Source: Thalassobaculaceae bacterium (lineage in GTDB: Bacteria > Pseudomonadota > Alphaproteobacteria > Thalassobaculales > Thalassobaculaceae). Taken from it: DNA of 64,000 bases. The position numbers and the translations under genes were made by a program. Shown one piece after another: positions 40,998 to 50,054 of the stretch. Position 1 is the first letter of the stretch, and each line of letters starts with the position of its first letter. The notes beneath the pieces are model-generated. The model made no database searches and was not told the DNA's origin. It was given only the letters and a program-made list of their open reading frames with translations. The DNA is taken from positions 3,206,616-3,270,615 of the forward strand of contig OZ245843.1 of assembly GCA_965228875.1 (NCBI GenBank). Reading direction: 5' to 3'.

Positions 40998-42194
40998 TCA
41001 GGCACCCAGCAACGTCCGACACGCTACTGCGATGGTTTCTAACGCGTTGGACGGGCGTGCGGCAAGGGCCTCGGCCTTGGCTCTCGCGGCGGCCGCGATC
41101 GTCGGTCGCCCCACCGCGGCATCGAGCGCCGAAACCACGTGTGCGACCTCGAAATTTCCACCGCCGCGGAGGGCCACGGCGCACCCCTGCCCCATCAGCC
41201 GCCGCGCGTTCGACGACTGCTCGAAATGCCGCGGAACCAGCAGTTGCGGACGGCCGAGCGCGAGCACCTGCTCGCAGGTGCCGACGCCGCCGTGATGGAC
41301 GATGACCCGGCTGCGCGCCCCCTCGGCACGCATGTCGCGCGGTCCGTCATGCACCGTCAGCCCGCGGGACCGCCAATGGTCGCGCTGCTGCGGTGTCGAG
41401 TCGCGCAGGAAGAGCGACCCGCTCCGTCCGCTCTCCACCAGGCCCGCCAGGGCCCGGGGCGTGAACTCGTATGACGCTGAAAGATAACAGAAATAATCGA
41501 TCGAAGGAGCCGACTCGAGGGGACCGGGGACGGGGTCCAGCGGCCCGATCGCCGGCTGGGACCGCCCATCCGCCCAGGGATCGAGTTCCGGCAGGGTGAT
41601 GACGAAATGCCGGTCGCCCGCGTACAGCGCCGGCAGCCGGTCCGGGGCCGGCCGGCCGCGCGCCGCCTGCACGGCCGCCACGACGGCGCGCATCCCGGCC
41701 TCGTCATAGGCCGGCCGGGCGTCGCGGAAGGGCCGGAACTCGGGATCCTCGACCGGCGGCAGCGTGAACCCGTCGCCGATCACCACGACTCGGGTCGGCC
41801 CGCCATGAAGCGCCAGATTCGCCATCGGCGCGTAATCGGTGACCGCCAGGTCCGGCGCCAGGCAGTCGAACAGCGTGCCCCAGGCGTCGATCAGCGGTGC
41901 CAGGCGGTCGACCGACGCGAAGCCGATCGAACCCAGGATATCCCCGGCGCTCACCGGCTGGTTGGTGTCCGGCCCGCGAATAGGTTCCACCCGCGACAGC
42001 GGCGCCTGAAGCACCGGGTAGCCGCGCTTGCGCACATAGGCGCCGGCGACCTCCAGGTTACGGACGACGAACAGGCATTCCGTCCCGTCCGACCGCAACC
42101 GATCGGCGATCTGCAGCAGCCGCGTGGCATGGCCGAGCCCGTCTCCGAGCTCCCAGACGAAGACAGCCCGGCCGAATCCCCCCCGGCGCGTCAC
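40998..42194 (-). CDS. GT-B glycosyltransferase (GT1/GT28-like fold)
   Basis: VWELGDGLGH, DYAP, GDGF..PP, VIVHHGG.GT, PQLLVPRHFEQ. GTG 42194 overlaps the upstream TGA. Confidence 0.78.
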   Translation of the reverse strand: MTRRGGFGRAVFVWELGDGLGHATRLLQIADRLRSDGTECLFVVRNLEVAGAYVRKRGYPVLQAPLSRVEPIRGPDTNQPVSAGDILGSIGFASVDRLAPLIDAWGTLFDCLAPDLAVTDYAPMANLALHGGPTRVVVIGDGFTLPPVEDPEFRPFRDARPAYDEAGMRAVVAAVQAARGRPAPDRLPALYAGDRHFVITLPELDPWADGRSQPAIGPLDPVPGPLESAPSIDYFCYLSASYEFTPRALAGLVESGRSGSLFLRDSTPQQRDHWRSRGLTVHDGPRDMRAEGARSRVIVHHGGVGTCEQVLALGRPQLLVPRHFEQSSNARRLMGQGCAVALRGGGNFEVAHVVSALDAAVGRPTIAAAARAKAEALAARPSNALETIAVACRTLLGA

Positions 42195-43981
42195 TGCTCC
42201 CGTCCGCCGACCCGCTTGGCATGTCGATCGGCCTCGGCCCGCAGCCGCTCCGCCACCCGGGCGAAGACGCCGTCCCAATCACCGCGTTCCGATTGGCGGA
42301 ACAGCGTCGCGGTCGGGTACCAGGGGCTGTCCTCCCGCGCGATCATCCACCGCCAGTCCGGATTCCGCGACAGCACGACCCAGAACGGCCGGCCGAGGGC
42401 GCCGGCGAGGTGGGCCGTCGAGGTGCAGGTCGTAATCACCAGATCGAGCTTGTTCATCGCGATCGCCGTGTCGCGGAACGAACCGATCCGCTCGTTCAGG
42501 CGAACCACATGGTCCGGCGCCTGGGCGACGTCCTTCTCGCGCTCTCCCTTCTGCAGCGAGAAGAACCGGACGCCCGGCACCTCCAGGACGGGCGCCCAGC
42601 TGGCGAGATCGGTCGACCGCTCCCGGTCGGAGGAGAACTTCGGGTTGCCGCCGAAGATGAAACCGACGTTCATCCGCTCGCGGTCAAGTTCCGGAATCTC
42701 GAAGTCCGACCCGGGGGGAATCGACAGGTACGGCACCGATACCGGCAACTCGTCCAGCGTCTTCACGCCAAGCGCCCGCGGCACCGAAAGCAGCGGGATG
42801 TGGCAGTCGAACGGCGGCGGCGGGGTGAACCGCTCGATCACCTGGTCGACACCGTCGATCCCCTCGCACAGCGACATCAGGTCGCCATGGGCCTCCAGCA
42901 CCAGCTTGCCGGTCCGACCCTTCCTGGCAACCACCTCCGGCAGGAACCGCCAGAACTGGAGCACGTCCCCCACGCCCTGTTCGGTGTGCAGCAGCAGGGT
43001 CTTGCCGTCGAAGGAGGACCCGTCCCACTGCGGCGGCGCGAAGTTGCGGCGGCGCGACGGGAAGTCATCGTACTTCCAGCGCCACTCGTACTCCTCGAAC
43101 CCTTCCTCCAGCCGGCCATCGGCCAGCAGCGCCAGCGACAGGTTCCAATGCCGCTCCGCATGGTCCGGCTGGGCCGCGAGCGACCGGCGGTAGGTGACCA
43201 CCGCCGACTCGAGCGCGTCCTCCGCCCGGTAGAGGTTCGCCAGGTTGTAGAGGGCGCCGCTGTCGCCCGGCACCATGCACAGGGAGCGGCGGTAGTTCCG
43301 GTGCGCCTCGCCGTAGCGTCCCATCTTGCGGAACAGCGCGCCGATGTTCGAGAACAGGAAGGGGCGCACGCCCATGATCTTCTGGGTGGTCCGATAGGCC
43401 GTCAGGGCCTCCTCGAACCGCTCCTGGCGGTGCAGCAGGTTGGCCAGGTTCAGCGCGGCGTCGCCGAACTCGCCGTCGACCATGATGCCGTGGCGGTAGA
43501 CCCGTTCGGCACGCTCCAGTTCGCCGAGCGCCTCCAGCGACTGCCCCAGCGCGAGGCGGTAGGGACGCCGGTTGGCATTCAGCCGGACAGCCCGACCGAA
43601 GGCCTCGGCCGCCTCCGCGTGCTTGCCCTTGCGCTTGAAGGCGGCGCCGAGGAAACCGTGGGCCTGGTCGTTGCACGGCTGCAGGGCGATCGCCCGGTTG
43701 GCGAAGTCGATCGAATCGTCGTCGCGCCCCGTCAGAAGGGAGACCCGCGCCATCAGGGTCAGCAGGTCCGCGCTGTGAGGACGTTCGAGGTCCATCGCCT
43801 TGCGGATGTCTTCGGACGCCTCCCTCACCTTGCCCTGGTCGAGCAGACGACTCGCCCGCTCCCGCCGGAGCACGGGGTCCCGGGGCAGTTTCTCGATCGC
43901 CGCGGAGATCACCTCCATCGAGCGGTCGTAGAGCGGCCGGAGGTCGGCGGCCGAGCGCAGCGGATCTGGCAGGAGGGTCAC
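42191..43981 (-). CDS. TPR + GT-B (GT9-like) glycosyltransferase
   Basis: Canonical TPRs (ALYNLANLY, HWNLSLALL); WDG...EQGVGDVLQF, GGNP, SLQKG, LDLVIT, HLAGALG, DWRW, PWYPT. GTG 43981. Confidence 0.87.
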   Translation of the reverse strand: MTLLPDPLRSAADLRPLYDRSMEVISAAIEKLPRDPVLRRERASRLLDQGKVREASEDIRKAMDLERPHSADLLTLMARVSLLTGRDDDSIDFANRAIALQPCNDQAHGFLGAAFKRKGKHAEAAEAFGRAVRLNANRRPYRLALGQSLEALGELERAERVYRHGIMVDGEFGDAALNLANLLHRQERFEEALTAYRTTQKIMGVRPFLFSNIGALFRKMGRYGEAHRNYRRSLCMVPGDSGALYNLANLYRAEDALESAVVTYRRSLAAQPDHAERHWNLSLALLADGRLEEGFEEYEWRWKYDDFPSRRRNFAPPQWDGSSFDGKTLLLHTEQGVGDVLQFWRFLPEVVARKGRTGKLVLEAHGDLMSLCEGIDGVDQVIERFTPPPPFDCHIPLLSVPRALGVKTLDELPVSVPYLSIPPGSDFEIPELDRERMNVGFIFGGNPKFSSDRERSTDLASWAPVLEVPGVRFFSLQKGEREKDVAQAPDHVVRLNERIGSFRDTAIAMNKLDLVITTCTSTAHLAGALGRPFWVVLSRNPDWRWMIAREDSPWYPTATLFRQSERGDWDGVFARVAERLRAEADRHAKRVGGREQ

Positions 43982-45705
43982 GGCTCGGTCTTCCCCGTCG
44001 TCGTTTCGGAGGACTCGGTCGGCAGCAGGCGCAACGCACCGAACTTGGCGAACCACATGAGCGTGCGCGCGGCGTTTGAGCGGCGGGCCGGTTCGACCGT
44101 CGCGAGCAGGTCGCCGAAGCGGGCGCCGGGCGTGGCGGCGGCCGCGTCGAACAGCGCCATCGCCGAGTCGCGCGGCAGCAGCAGCTCCGGCAGGAACATC
44201 GCCGTATCGTCGTCGAAGATCGCCAGAGCCCGCGTCCGCGTCGTGGCGGCCTCCACCCGGGTGTCGACCGTCGCGTGATCGCTGGGATAGGCGCGGAACG
44301 CCACCATCGGATCGGGGATCACCGGATTCGCGGCGAAGGGCGGCGGCGGCGCGATCTCCGATCCGCTGCGCCGTCGCGCGTTGAGTTCGCCCCACAGCGC
44401 CTGGTACTGCGGGATGATCACCGACCAGTCATAGAGCGCACGGGCCCGGTCGGTGCCGGCCTGACCCATCCGCCGGCGCAGGTCCGCATCGCGGGCCAGC
44501 CGCGCCAGCGCCGCCGCCGTCGCATCGACGTCGACCGAGGTGATCAGGCAGGCGCCGCCGATATAGCGGTCGTAGGACAGCCGATCGCCGCTGAAGGCGC
44601 GGGCGAGCGTGATCCCGGCGCCGGGCATCGCCATGGTCGTGCGGATGCGGTATCCGGTCTCGCCGTCGACCACCGTGTCCTTGTAGCCGTCCCAGTCGCT
44701 GACCACGCAGGGCAGGCCAGCGGCCATCGCCTCGATCGGGGTGATGCCGAAGCTCTCCTGGATGTTGTCGGACAGCGACAGGAACAGATCGGCCGCCGCC
44801 CAGCTCGACCACGATTCGGGCCCCGGCGTGCCGTCGACGAAATGCACCGGCACGTCGGGACAGACCAGCGCCGCGGCCTTCCTGTAGCCGGCCTCGGCGC
44901 CCGGATTCGGGAACTGCCCGGTCATCAGCATGTGCAGCCTGCGACCCTCGCCGGCGAGCTGCTCCTGGGCACGCTGCATCGCCGCGTACATCGGGCTGCT
45001 GTGGGCCTTGGCGTGGAACGCCAAGCGGCCGAGGAACAGCGCCACCACGTCGTCCTCCGCGATCCCGAGCCGGTCGCGCAGCGCCTTGCGCGCCGCACCG
45101 TCGCGGCCGCGGGCGGCGAAAGCGTCGACGTCGAGGCCGAGCGGGATCACCGGCATCTGGACCGGCTGCGGCGGCCGCGCGCCGCTCCGCGCCTCCAGGT
45201 AGGCCCCGTACTCCTCGTGCACGCCGCGGACCACGTCGCGCACGGCGGTCGAGGTGCAGATCAGCGCGTCCCAAGGCTGGAGCGGCGCCGTGAGGTAGTC
45301 GGCCAGGGACTGCATGACCCCCTTGGACGACACCGTGTGGGTGAGACCGCAGAACGAGTAGGCGCGCTGACCGGCGAATCGACGGTCCCAGGCGAAGCGG
45401 CCGATCGTCGGATCCGGGCAGTAGAACACGCCCATCTCCGCGATCTCCGCCGTCCGGTCGAGGGTCACCGCCCGAGCCGAGGGCCGGCGCTCCGGCCGGA
45501 ACGTGTCCTGAACGTCGCGGATCTTGCGCCGGAAGACGTCGTGCACCTCCTGGCGGAAGGTGATGGCGACGAATTCGTCGACGTCGGCGTACCGCACGAA
45601 TCCGTCGAGGAAGCTGGCCCCGGCCACGTGCCGGCCCTTGAGCTGCTTCTGCGCCCCGTCATACGAACCGGGCTCGTACAGGATGGCGGCGTTGGCGGCG
45701 GCCAT
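43978..45705 (-). CDS. GT4 glycosyltransferase
   Basis: GRHVAGASFL, GRLAFHAKAH, SDNIQESFGITPIEAMAAGLP.VVSDWDGYKD. Confidence 0.88.
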   Translation of the reverse strand: MAAANAAILYEPGSYDGAQKQLKGRHVAGASFLDGFVRYADVDEFVAITFRQEVHDVFRRKIRDVQDTFRPERRPSARAVTLDRTAEIAEMGVFYCPDPTIGRFAWDRRFAGQRAYSFCGLTHTVSSKGVMQSLADYLTAPLQPWDALICTSTAVRDVVRGVHEEYGAYLEARSGARPPQPVQMPVIPLGLDVDAFAARGRDGAARKALRDRLGIAEDDVVALFLGRLAFHAKAHSSPMYAAMQRAQEQLAGEGRRLHMLMTGQFPNPGAEAGYRKAAALVCPDVPVHFVDGTPGPESWSSWAAADLFLSLSDNIQESFGITPIEAMAAGLPCVVSDWDGYKDTVVDGETGYRIRTTMAMPGAGITLARAFSGDRLSYDRYIGGACLITSVDVDATAAALARLARDADLRRRMGQAGTDRARALYDWSVIIPQYQALWGELNARRRSGSEIAPPPPFAANPVIPDPMVAFRAYPSDHATVDTRVEAATTRTRALAIFDDDTAMFLPELLLPRDSAMALFDAAAATPGARFGDLLATVEPARRSNAARTLMWFAKFGALRLLPTESSETTTGKTEP

Positions 45706-46784
45706 CACGGGGCTCCCGATGCCGCGTCCCGACCGGATGAGGCGAGGTCGGCGGCGGCGGTCTCGAAGGCCGCGACGATGTTCTCGAGCGTGTCCGGCTC
45801 CCACACGAAGCGGCGTCTCGGGGTCGCCCCCGGAAAATCGGCGCCGGTCTCAACGCCCAGCAGTTCGGCCATCCGATCGACGCCGCGGCCGCTGGCCCTC
45901 ACCACCTCCGGCAGCTTGTTGACCGGCAGGAAGCAGACGGCGCTGGAATCGCCCATGAAATAGTTGACGAAGGCCGGTCCGCCGTTGTCCGCCATGTTGA
46001 TCAGTCCCCGGCGATACATCGCCGCGCGCAACTCCAGATCGACGGCGCCGATGCCATAGACCGGGATGTCGCCGAAGGCGCCGACCTCCTGGCCCGAGGT
46101 CACAAGGTCCGTATCGGGAATGATGATCGGATCGAACCCGCGGTCGCGGACGTAGCGGGCCGCCGCTAGCCAGGCCGCGATGTCGGAGTTCCGCGCCAGC
46201 TCGATCAATGACGTGCGGAGGGTAAAGGTGACCGGCCGTCCCCGCGGCGCGTGGGTCGCCAGCCAGGCGTCAACCTTCCGCAGGGCCGAGGGGTGCGCCT
46301 CGAAGGTGTCGAGCTCCTCGGGCGTGGGCTTCTGATTGAAGAGGTCGGACAGCATGAAGGCCACGCGCGGCTTGTCCAGGGTATAGCCGGGCGTGACGAT
46401 CTGGCTCGGGTGGATGGCCCGGTGCAGCTGGATGAAGTCCTCCCGGCGCTCGAAGGTCAGCACGCCGAGGCAGCGCTTGGCGATGTAGCCGTGGCCGATC
46501 ATGACGTGACGCAGGCGCCAGGTCTTCTCCATGGCGTCGAGCGCCTTGTCCTTCGGCGTCACCATCCGGTAGGCGCCGCCCGGACCCTTGATGAACACCA
46601 GGTTGAACCCGGCGGCCCCCGACCGCAGCGTCCAGAGGTTGGCGAACACCAGGAAATTCATCACGTCGAAGGTGATCGGCGCCGCCGAGAGGTCGTAGAC
46701 CGCGAACAGCGCCGGCTGGAACGGCGCCCGCTGCTCCGTCGCCGTCTCGCCGGCAGCGGGAGCCGCGCCATCTGTCGTCGTCAT
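45705..46784 (-). CDS. Hypothetical protein, possibly a GT-B-like glycosyltransferase
   Basis: Coupled within the GT operon; YDL...PITFD, TFTLR..RNS, IIIPD, R.A.Y...N...NGGP pattern. Family not certain. Confidence 0.55.
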   Translation of the reverse strand: MTTTDGAAPAAGETATEQRAPFQPALFAVYDLSAAPITFDVMNFLVFANLWTLRSGAAGFNLVFIKGPGGAYRMVTPKDKALDAMEKTWRLRHVMIGHGYIAKRCLGVLTFERREDFIQLHRAIHPSQIVTPGYTLDKPRVAFMLSDLFNQKPTPEELDTFEAHPSALRKVDAWLATHAPRGRPVTFTLRTSLIELARNSDIAAWLAAARYVRDRGFDPIIIPDTDLVTSGQEVGAFGDIPVYGIGAVDLELRAAMYRRGLINMADNGGPAFVNYFMGDSSAVCFLPVNKLPEVVRASGRGVDRMAELLGVETGADFPGATPRRRFVWEPDTLENIVAAFETAAADLASSGRDAASGAP

Positions 46785-46791
46785 CGCGCGC

Positions 46792-47784
46792 TCACCCCGG
46801 ATTCAGCCAGTCGCTCTCATAGATCTCATGCCGGTCGAGCATCCGCTCGCCGAAGAACCGTTGATAGTCGGCGCGCGCCTGCTCGTAAAGCTGCGTGGAC
46901 AGGCCCCGCACCCGCCCCGCGGCGAAGGTGAACAGCTTGCGCAGGTAGCTTCGCGCCGCCGGTTCGCCCTTCCCGCCGTCGACGCCGGCCCCGTCCCAGC
47001 CGCCGCTTTCCATCAGGCGCTCCAGGCAGACGACCGAGTAGTCGGCCATGTCGTTGCGCAGGGCGAAAACGGCGAGCTTGGTGAGCCCCGCCACCGCCGC
47101 CTCGCCGCCCCAGGCGGCCACCGTCTCCGGCTTGCGCACGAACACCGCGTCGCAGCCGCACAGCGCGCCGTGCCCGCCGCCGCCAACCAGGTAGCTGAGC
47201 GGCTGTCCCTTGCCGGCGTAGTCGAGGCGCATCAGCCGGAAGCCGCGCTCGTCGATGGCGTGGCGGAAGATGTCGGAGGCCGTCTGGCTGGCGAAGGAAT
47301 CGTCGAACTGCACCTCGATGCGCATGGCCAGCACCCGGTCGAGCGCCGCGGCCCCGCCGCGCATGACCGCCAGTTCCTCGCCCTCGACATCGATCTTCAG
47401 GAAGTCGATCCGGCGGTCCCGGTCGGCGAACACCGCATCGAGGGTGGTGCTCGGCACATCGAACGACCCCTCGACCGTGCCCTCGTCCTTGCGCACCGCA
47501 CCGAACCACAGGCTGTCCGGATTCGGCTTGGTGGTGCCGACATAGCCCTTATGGGCCGTCATCCACAGGGTCAGCGTCGAGTCCGGAACCGCGCCCAGGG
47601 CCATCGGCTCGACCCGCACGTCTTCGCGCGCCGCATACTTCGCCGCGAGCCGCGCGGCCTCCTGCGGCTCCGGCTCGAACATGGTGTAGTCGAGCGGCGC
47701 CTCGTAGCCGCGCCAGGTCGGGTGGATGCCATAGCGGCCGCCGGCATCGACGACGGCGGTGGTCCAGAGATCGGGAGTCGTCAT
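46792..47784 (-). CDS. FkbM-family methyltransferase
   Basis: VVDAGGRYG, FEPEP, TLD, IDFLKIDVEGEEL.V.RG. Confidence 0.85.
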   Translation of the reverse strand: MTTPDLWTTAVVDAGGRYGIHPTWRGYEAPLDYTMFEPEPQEAARLAAKYAAREDVRVEPMALGAVPDSTLTLWMTAHKGYVGTTKPNPDSLWFGAVRKDEGTVEGSFDVPSTTLDAVFADRDRRIDFLKIDVEGEELAVMRGGAAALDRVLAMRIEVQFDDSFASQTASDIFRHAIDERGFRLMRLDYAGKGQPLSYLVGGGGHGALCGCDAVFVRKPETVAAWGGEAAVAGLTKLAVFALRNDMADYSVVCLERLMESGGWDGAGVDGGKGEPAARSYLRKLFTFAAGRVRGLSTQLYEQARADYQRFFGERMLDRHEIYESDWLNPG

Positions 47785-48944
47785 GGGGAGATCCGCTCGA
47801 TGGTGGGGCGGCCGGGATGGGTCGACCAGACGGTACCGGCGAACCCGTCCTGCCGAAGCTTTTCGGAGATCGCCGGCTCGTGGTGATAGGCGCCGATGAA
47901 GATGTCGTCGAGACCGGAGAGCAGGGATCCGGAACGCGGATGGATCTCCGCCACGCCGCCGAGGCCGTAGGCGAGGCGACCGATATAGTCCGGGTTATCG
48001 TCGACGAACCGGGTCGGCGCGCGGCCCTCGGCGAACAGATTGTAGAACGTCGCCCCCTGCGACGTCGCCGCGTAGACCGCCGTGCGCGCAGGATCGCCGT
48101 CGAAGCCGTCGATGAAGGCCTGATGCGCGGCGCGGCGGGCGGTCACCAGGTCGATGCTGGTCCTTGGCGCGTCGATCGTCTCGCCCGCCCTGGTCGACGG
48201 CACCGCGAGCACGCCGACGTCATGGCCCTGCAGGATGTCGTGGGTCCCGGTGATTTCCAGCCCCGCATCCGCCATCAGTCGCGCCCGGGCGGCGGCGTCC
48301 ATGTAGTGCAGATGCTGCACATGGATCTCCATGTAGGCTCCGGACTGCGCGATGTACTCCAGGGTCGGTACTTCCATGTAGGCGAAGCCGCCCGGCGCCA
48401 CCGCGGCCCCCAGCGCGCGCACGAACGGCCGCACGTCGAGGATGTGCTCGACCACCTGGCGGCAGATCACGCCGTCGAAGGTCTCGTCCAGGGTGTCGGG
48501 GCCGAAGAAATCATTGACCACCCGGATGGCGTCGCCGACGTCGGCCAGCAGTTCCGGCAGGTCGTCGTTCGGCTCGACCACGGTGACCTCCGCCCCCAGA
48601 TCCGCCAGCAGACGGGCCAGCGAGCCGGTGCCGCCGCCGACCTCGAGAATGCGCTTTCCGACCAGACGCTCGCGCCCGAGGAAGTCGAGCAGGGTCTGGT
48701 AGCGCTGAACCATCGCCTCGGAGACCGGCCGGTTTGTGGCGGTCTGCCGGCGATAGATCTCGGCGATCGTGTCGGGGGCGATGTCGGTGTTGAAGATGTG
48801 CCCGCAGGACCGGCACTGACGCAGGGACACGTCCTCGAACCGGTCGGTCAGCGACCGGTCGGCCACCACCCAGAACATCTGCGCCCGGGTGGAATACACC
48901 ACCGGCGCGCCGCCGGTATCGCAAAGGGGGCAGACGTCCGCCAT
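47781..48944 (-). CDS. SAM methyltransferase with Zn finger, NDP-sugar C-methyltransferase-like architecture
   Basis: CPLC...CRSCGH, LEVGGGTG, QVVEHI, EVP, QHLHY, C-terminal AVYAA...FVDDNP domain. Confidence 0.78.
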   Translation of the reverse strand: MADVCPLCDTGGAPVVYSTRAQMFWVVADRSLTDRFEDVSLRQCRSCGHIFNTDIAPDTIAEIYRRQTATNRPVSEAMVQRYQTLLDFLGRERLVGKRILEVGGGTGSLARLLADLGAEVTVVEPNDDLPELLADVGDAIRVVNDFFGPDTLDETFDGVICRQVVEHILDVRPFVRALGAAVAPGGFAYMEVPTLEYIAQSGAYMEIHVQHLHYMDAAARARLMADAGLEITGTHDILQGHDVGVLAVPSTRAGETIDAPRTSIDLVTARRAAHQAFIDGFDGDPARTAVYAATSQGATFYNLFAEGRAPTRFVDDNPDYIGRLAYGLGGVAEIHPRSGSLLSGLDDIFIGAYHHEPAISEKLRQDGFAGTVWSTHPGRPTIERISP

Positions 48945-49016
48945 GTCGTCGATCTCGCTCCTTGGGTGCCGCGTGCGCGTGCTATAGGGGCGCCGGACAG
49001 TTCGATCAAGGACGCC

Positions 49017-49964
49017 ATGACCGCGACGACCACCGCGCCGACCACCGCGACGACCGCCCGCAAGGCCTCAGCGACCATCGCCGTCACCGGCGCCGGAGGC
49101 TTTCTCGGCGGCGTGATCGCCCGCCTCCTGGCTCGGTCCGGCCACACCGTCCACGCCTTCGCCCGCACCCCACTCGACCTCGGCGTCGGGATCGTCGCGC
49201 ACGCCTGGGACCCGACCCGCGACACCGCCATGCCGGCATCGGGTCTGGCGGTCGATGCCGTGATCGACTGCGCCTCGGTCCTGCCGCAGCGCGAGCCGGA
49301 CGGGGAGGTCCTGGTGGAGGTCAATCGCCGGCTCTGCGCCGGGGCGCTGGACCTGGCGGCGCGGCGGCGCGGCCGGGCGATCTACATGTCCTCGCAGTCG
49401 GTCTACGGTCGACCGGCGGTCGCGGTCATCGGCGCCGAAACGCCGCCCCGACCCGAAATTCCCTATGGCGAGGCCAAACTGGCGGGCGAAGGAATGCTGG
49501 CGGCGGCGGTCGCCGACGGCCGGATCGCCGGTGCCGCCGCCCTGCGCCTTCCCGCCGTGGTCGGCCGCGGCGCGCACGGCAACTTCCCGGCGACCGCCGC
49601 CAGTCGGATCCTGCGTGGCGAGACGGTGACCCTGTTCAACCCGGACGGCCTCTACAACGCGGCGGTCGGCGCCGCGTCGGTGGCCGTCTTCGCCGAACAT
49701 CTGGCCCTCGGCGTCGGCGGATTTCACGCCGTCTCCCTGGCCTCGCTGCCGCCGATCAGTGTGCGCGCGGCGGTGCGGGCGATCGCCGAGGGCCTGGGAA
49801 TGCCTCTCAGCGCGGAGGAGCGCGCGGCTCCCCACGGCTCGCCGACCATCGACCCCGCGGCGGCTGTCGCCCTGGGGTTCCGGCCCGAGCGGCCCGACGA
49901 TGTCCTGCGGGAGTTCGGGCGGTCGGCCCGAGCGGACATTGCGGCTCCGCGCCCCACGCGATAA
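49017..49964 (+). CDS. NAD-dependent epimerase/dehydratase (extended SDR)
   Basis: VTGAGGFLG, YMSSQSVYG, YGEAK, LRLPAVVG. AAGGA RBS before ATG 49017. Confidence 0.83.
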   Translation: MTATTTAPTTATTARKASATIAVTGAGGFLGGVIARLLARSGHTVHAFARTPLDLGVGIVAHAWDPTRDTAMPASGLAVDAVIDCASVLPQREPDGEVLVEVNRRLCAGALDLAARRRGRAIYMSSQSVYGRPAVAVIGAETPPRPEIPYGEAKLAGEGMLAAAVADGRIAGAAALRLPAVVGRGAHGNFPATAASRILRGETVTLFNPDGLYNAAVGAASVAVFAEHLALGVGGFHAVSLASLPPISVRAAVRAIAEGLGMPLSAEERAAPHGSPTIDPAAAVALGFRPERPDDVLREFGRSARADIAAPRPTR

Positions 49965-50054
49965 GACGGGTCGCGCGCCGCCGACTTCCGCTGGCGCCGA
50001 GAATCCCTATATGCGACCAAGCCGAAGCGACCGAACAAGAGCGAGGACAGCACG

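Noticed and set aside
22867..43981. O-GlcNAc transferase (GT41/SPINDLY) assignment for the TPR-GTs
   Set aside because: They carry EQGxGD/SLQ/PWYP motifs, not the GT41 SxDxxxHxV pattern.
49017..49070. Short ACCACCGCG(C/A)CG-like repeat encoding TATTTAPTTATT
   Set aside because: Short low-complexity N-terminal linker; too imperfect to call a phase-variable repeat.
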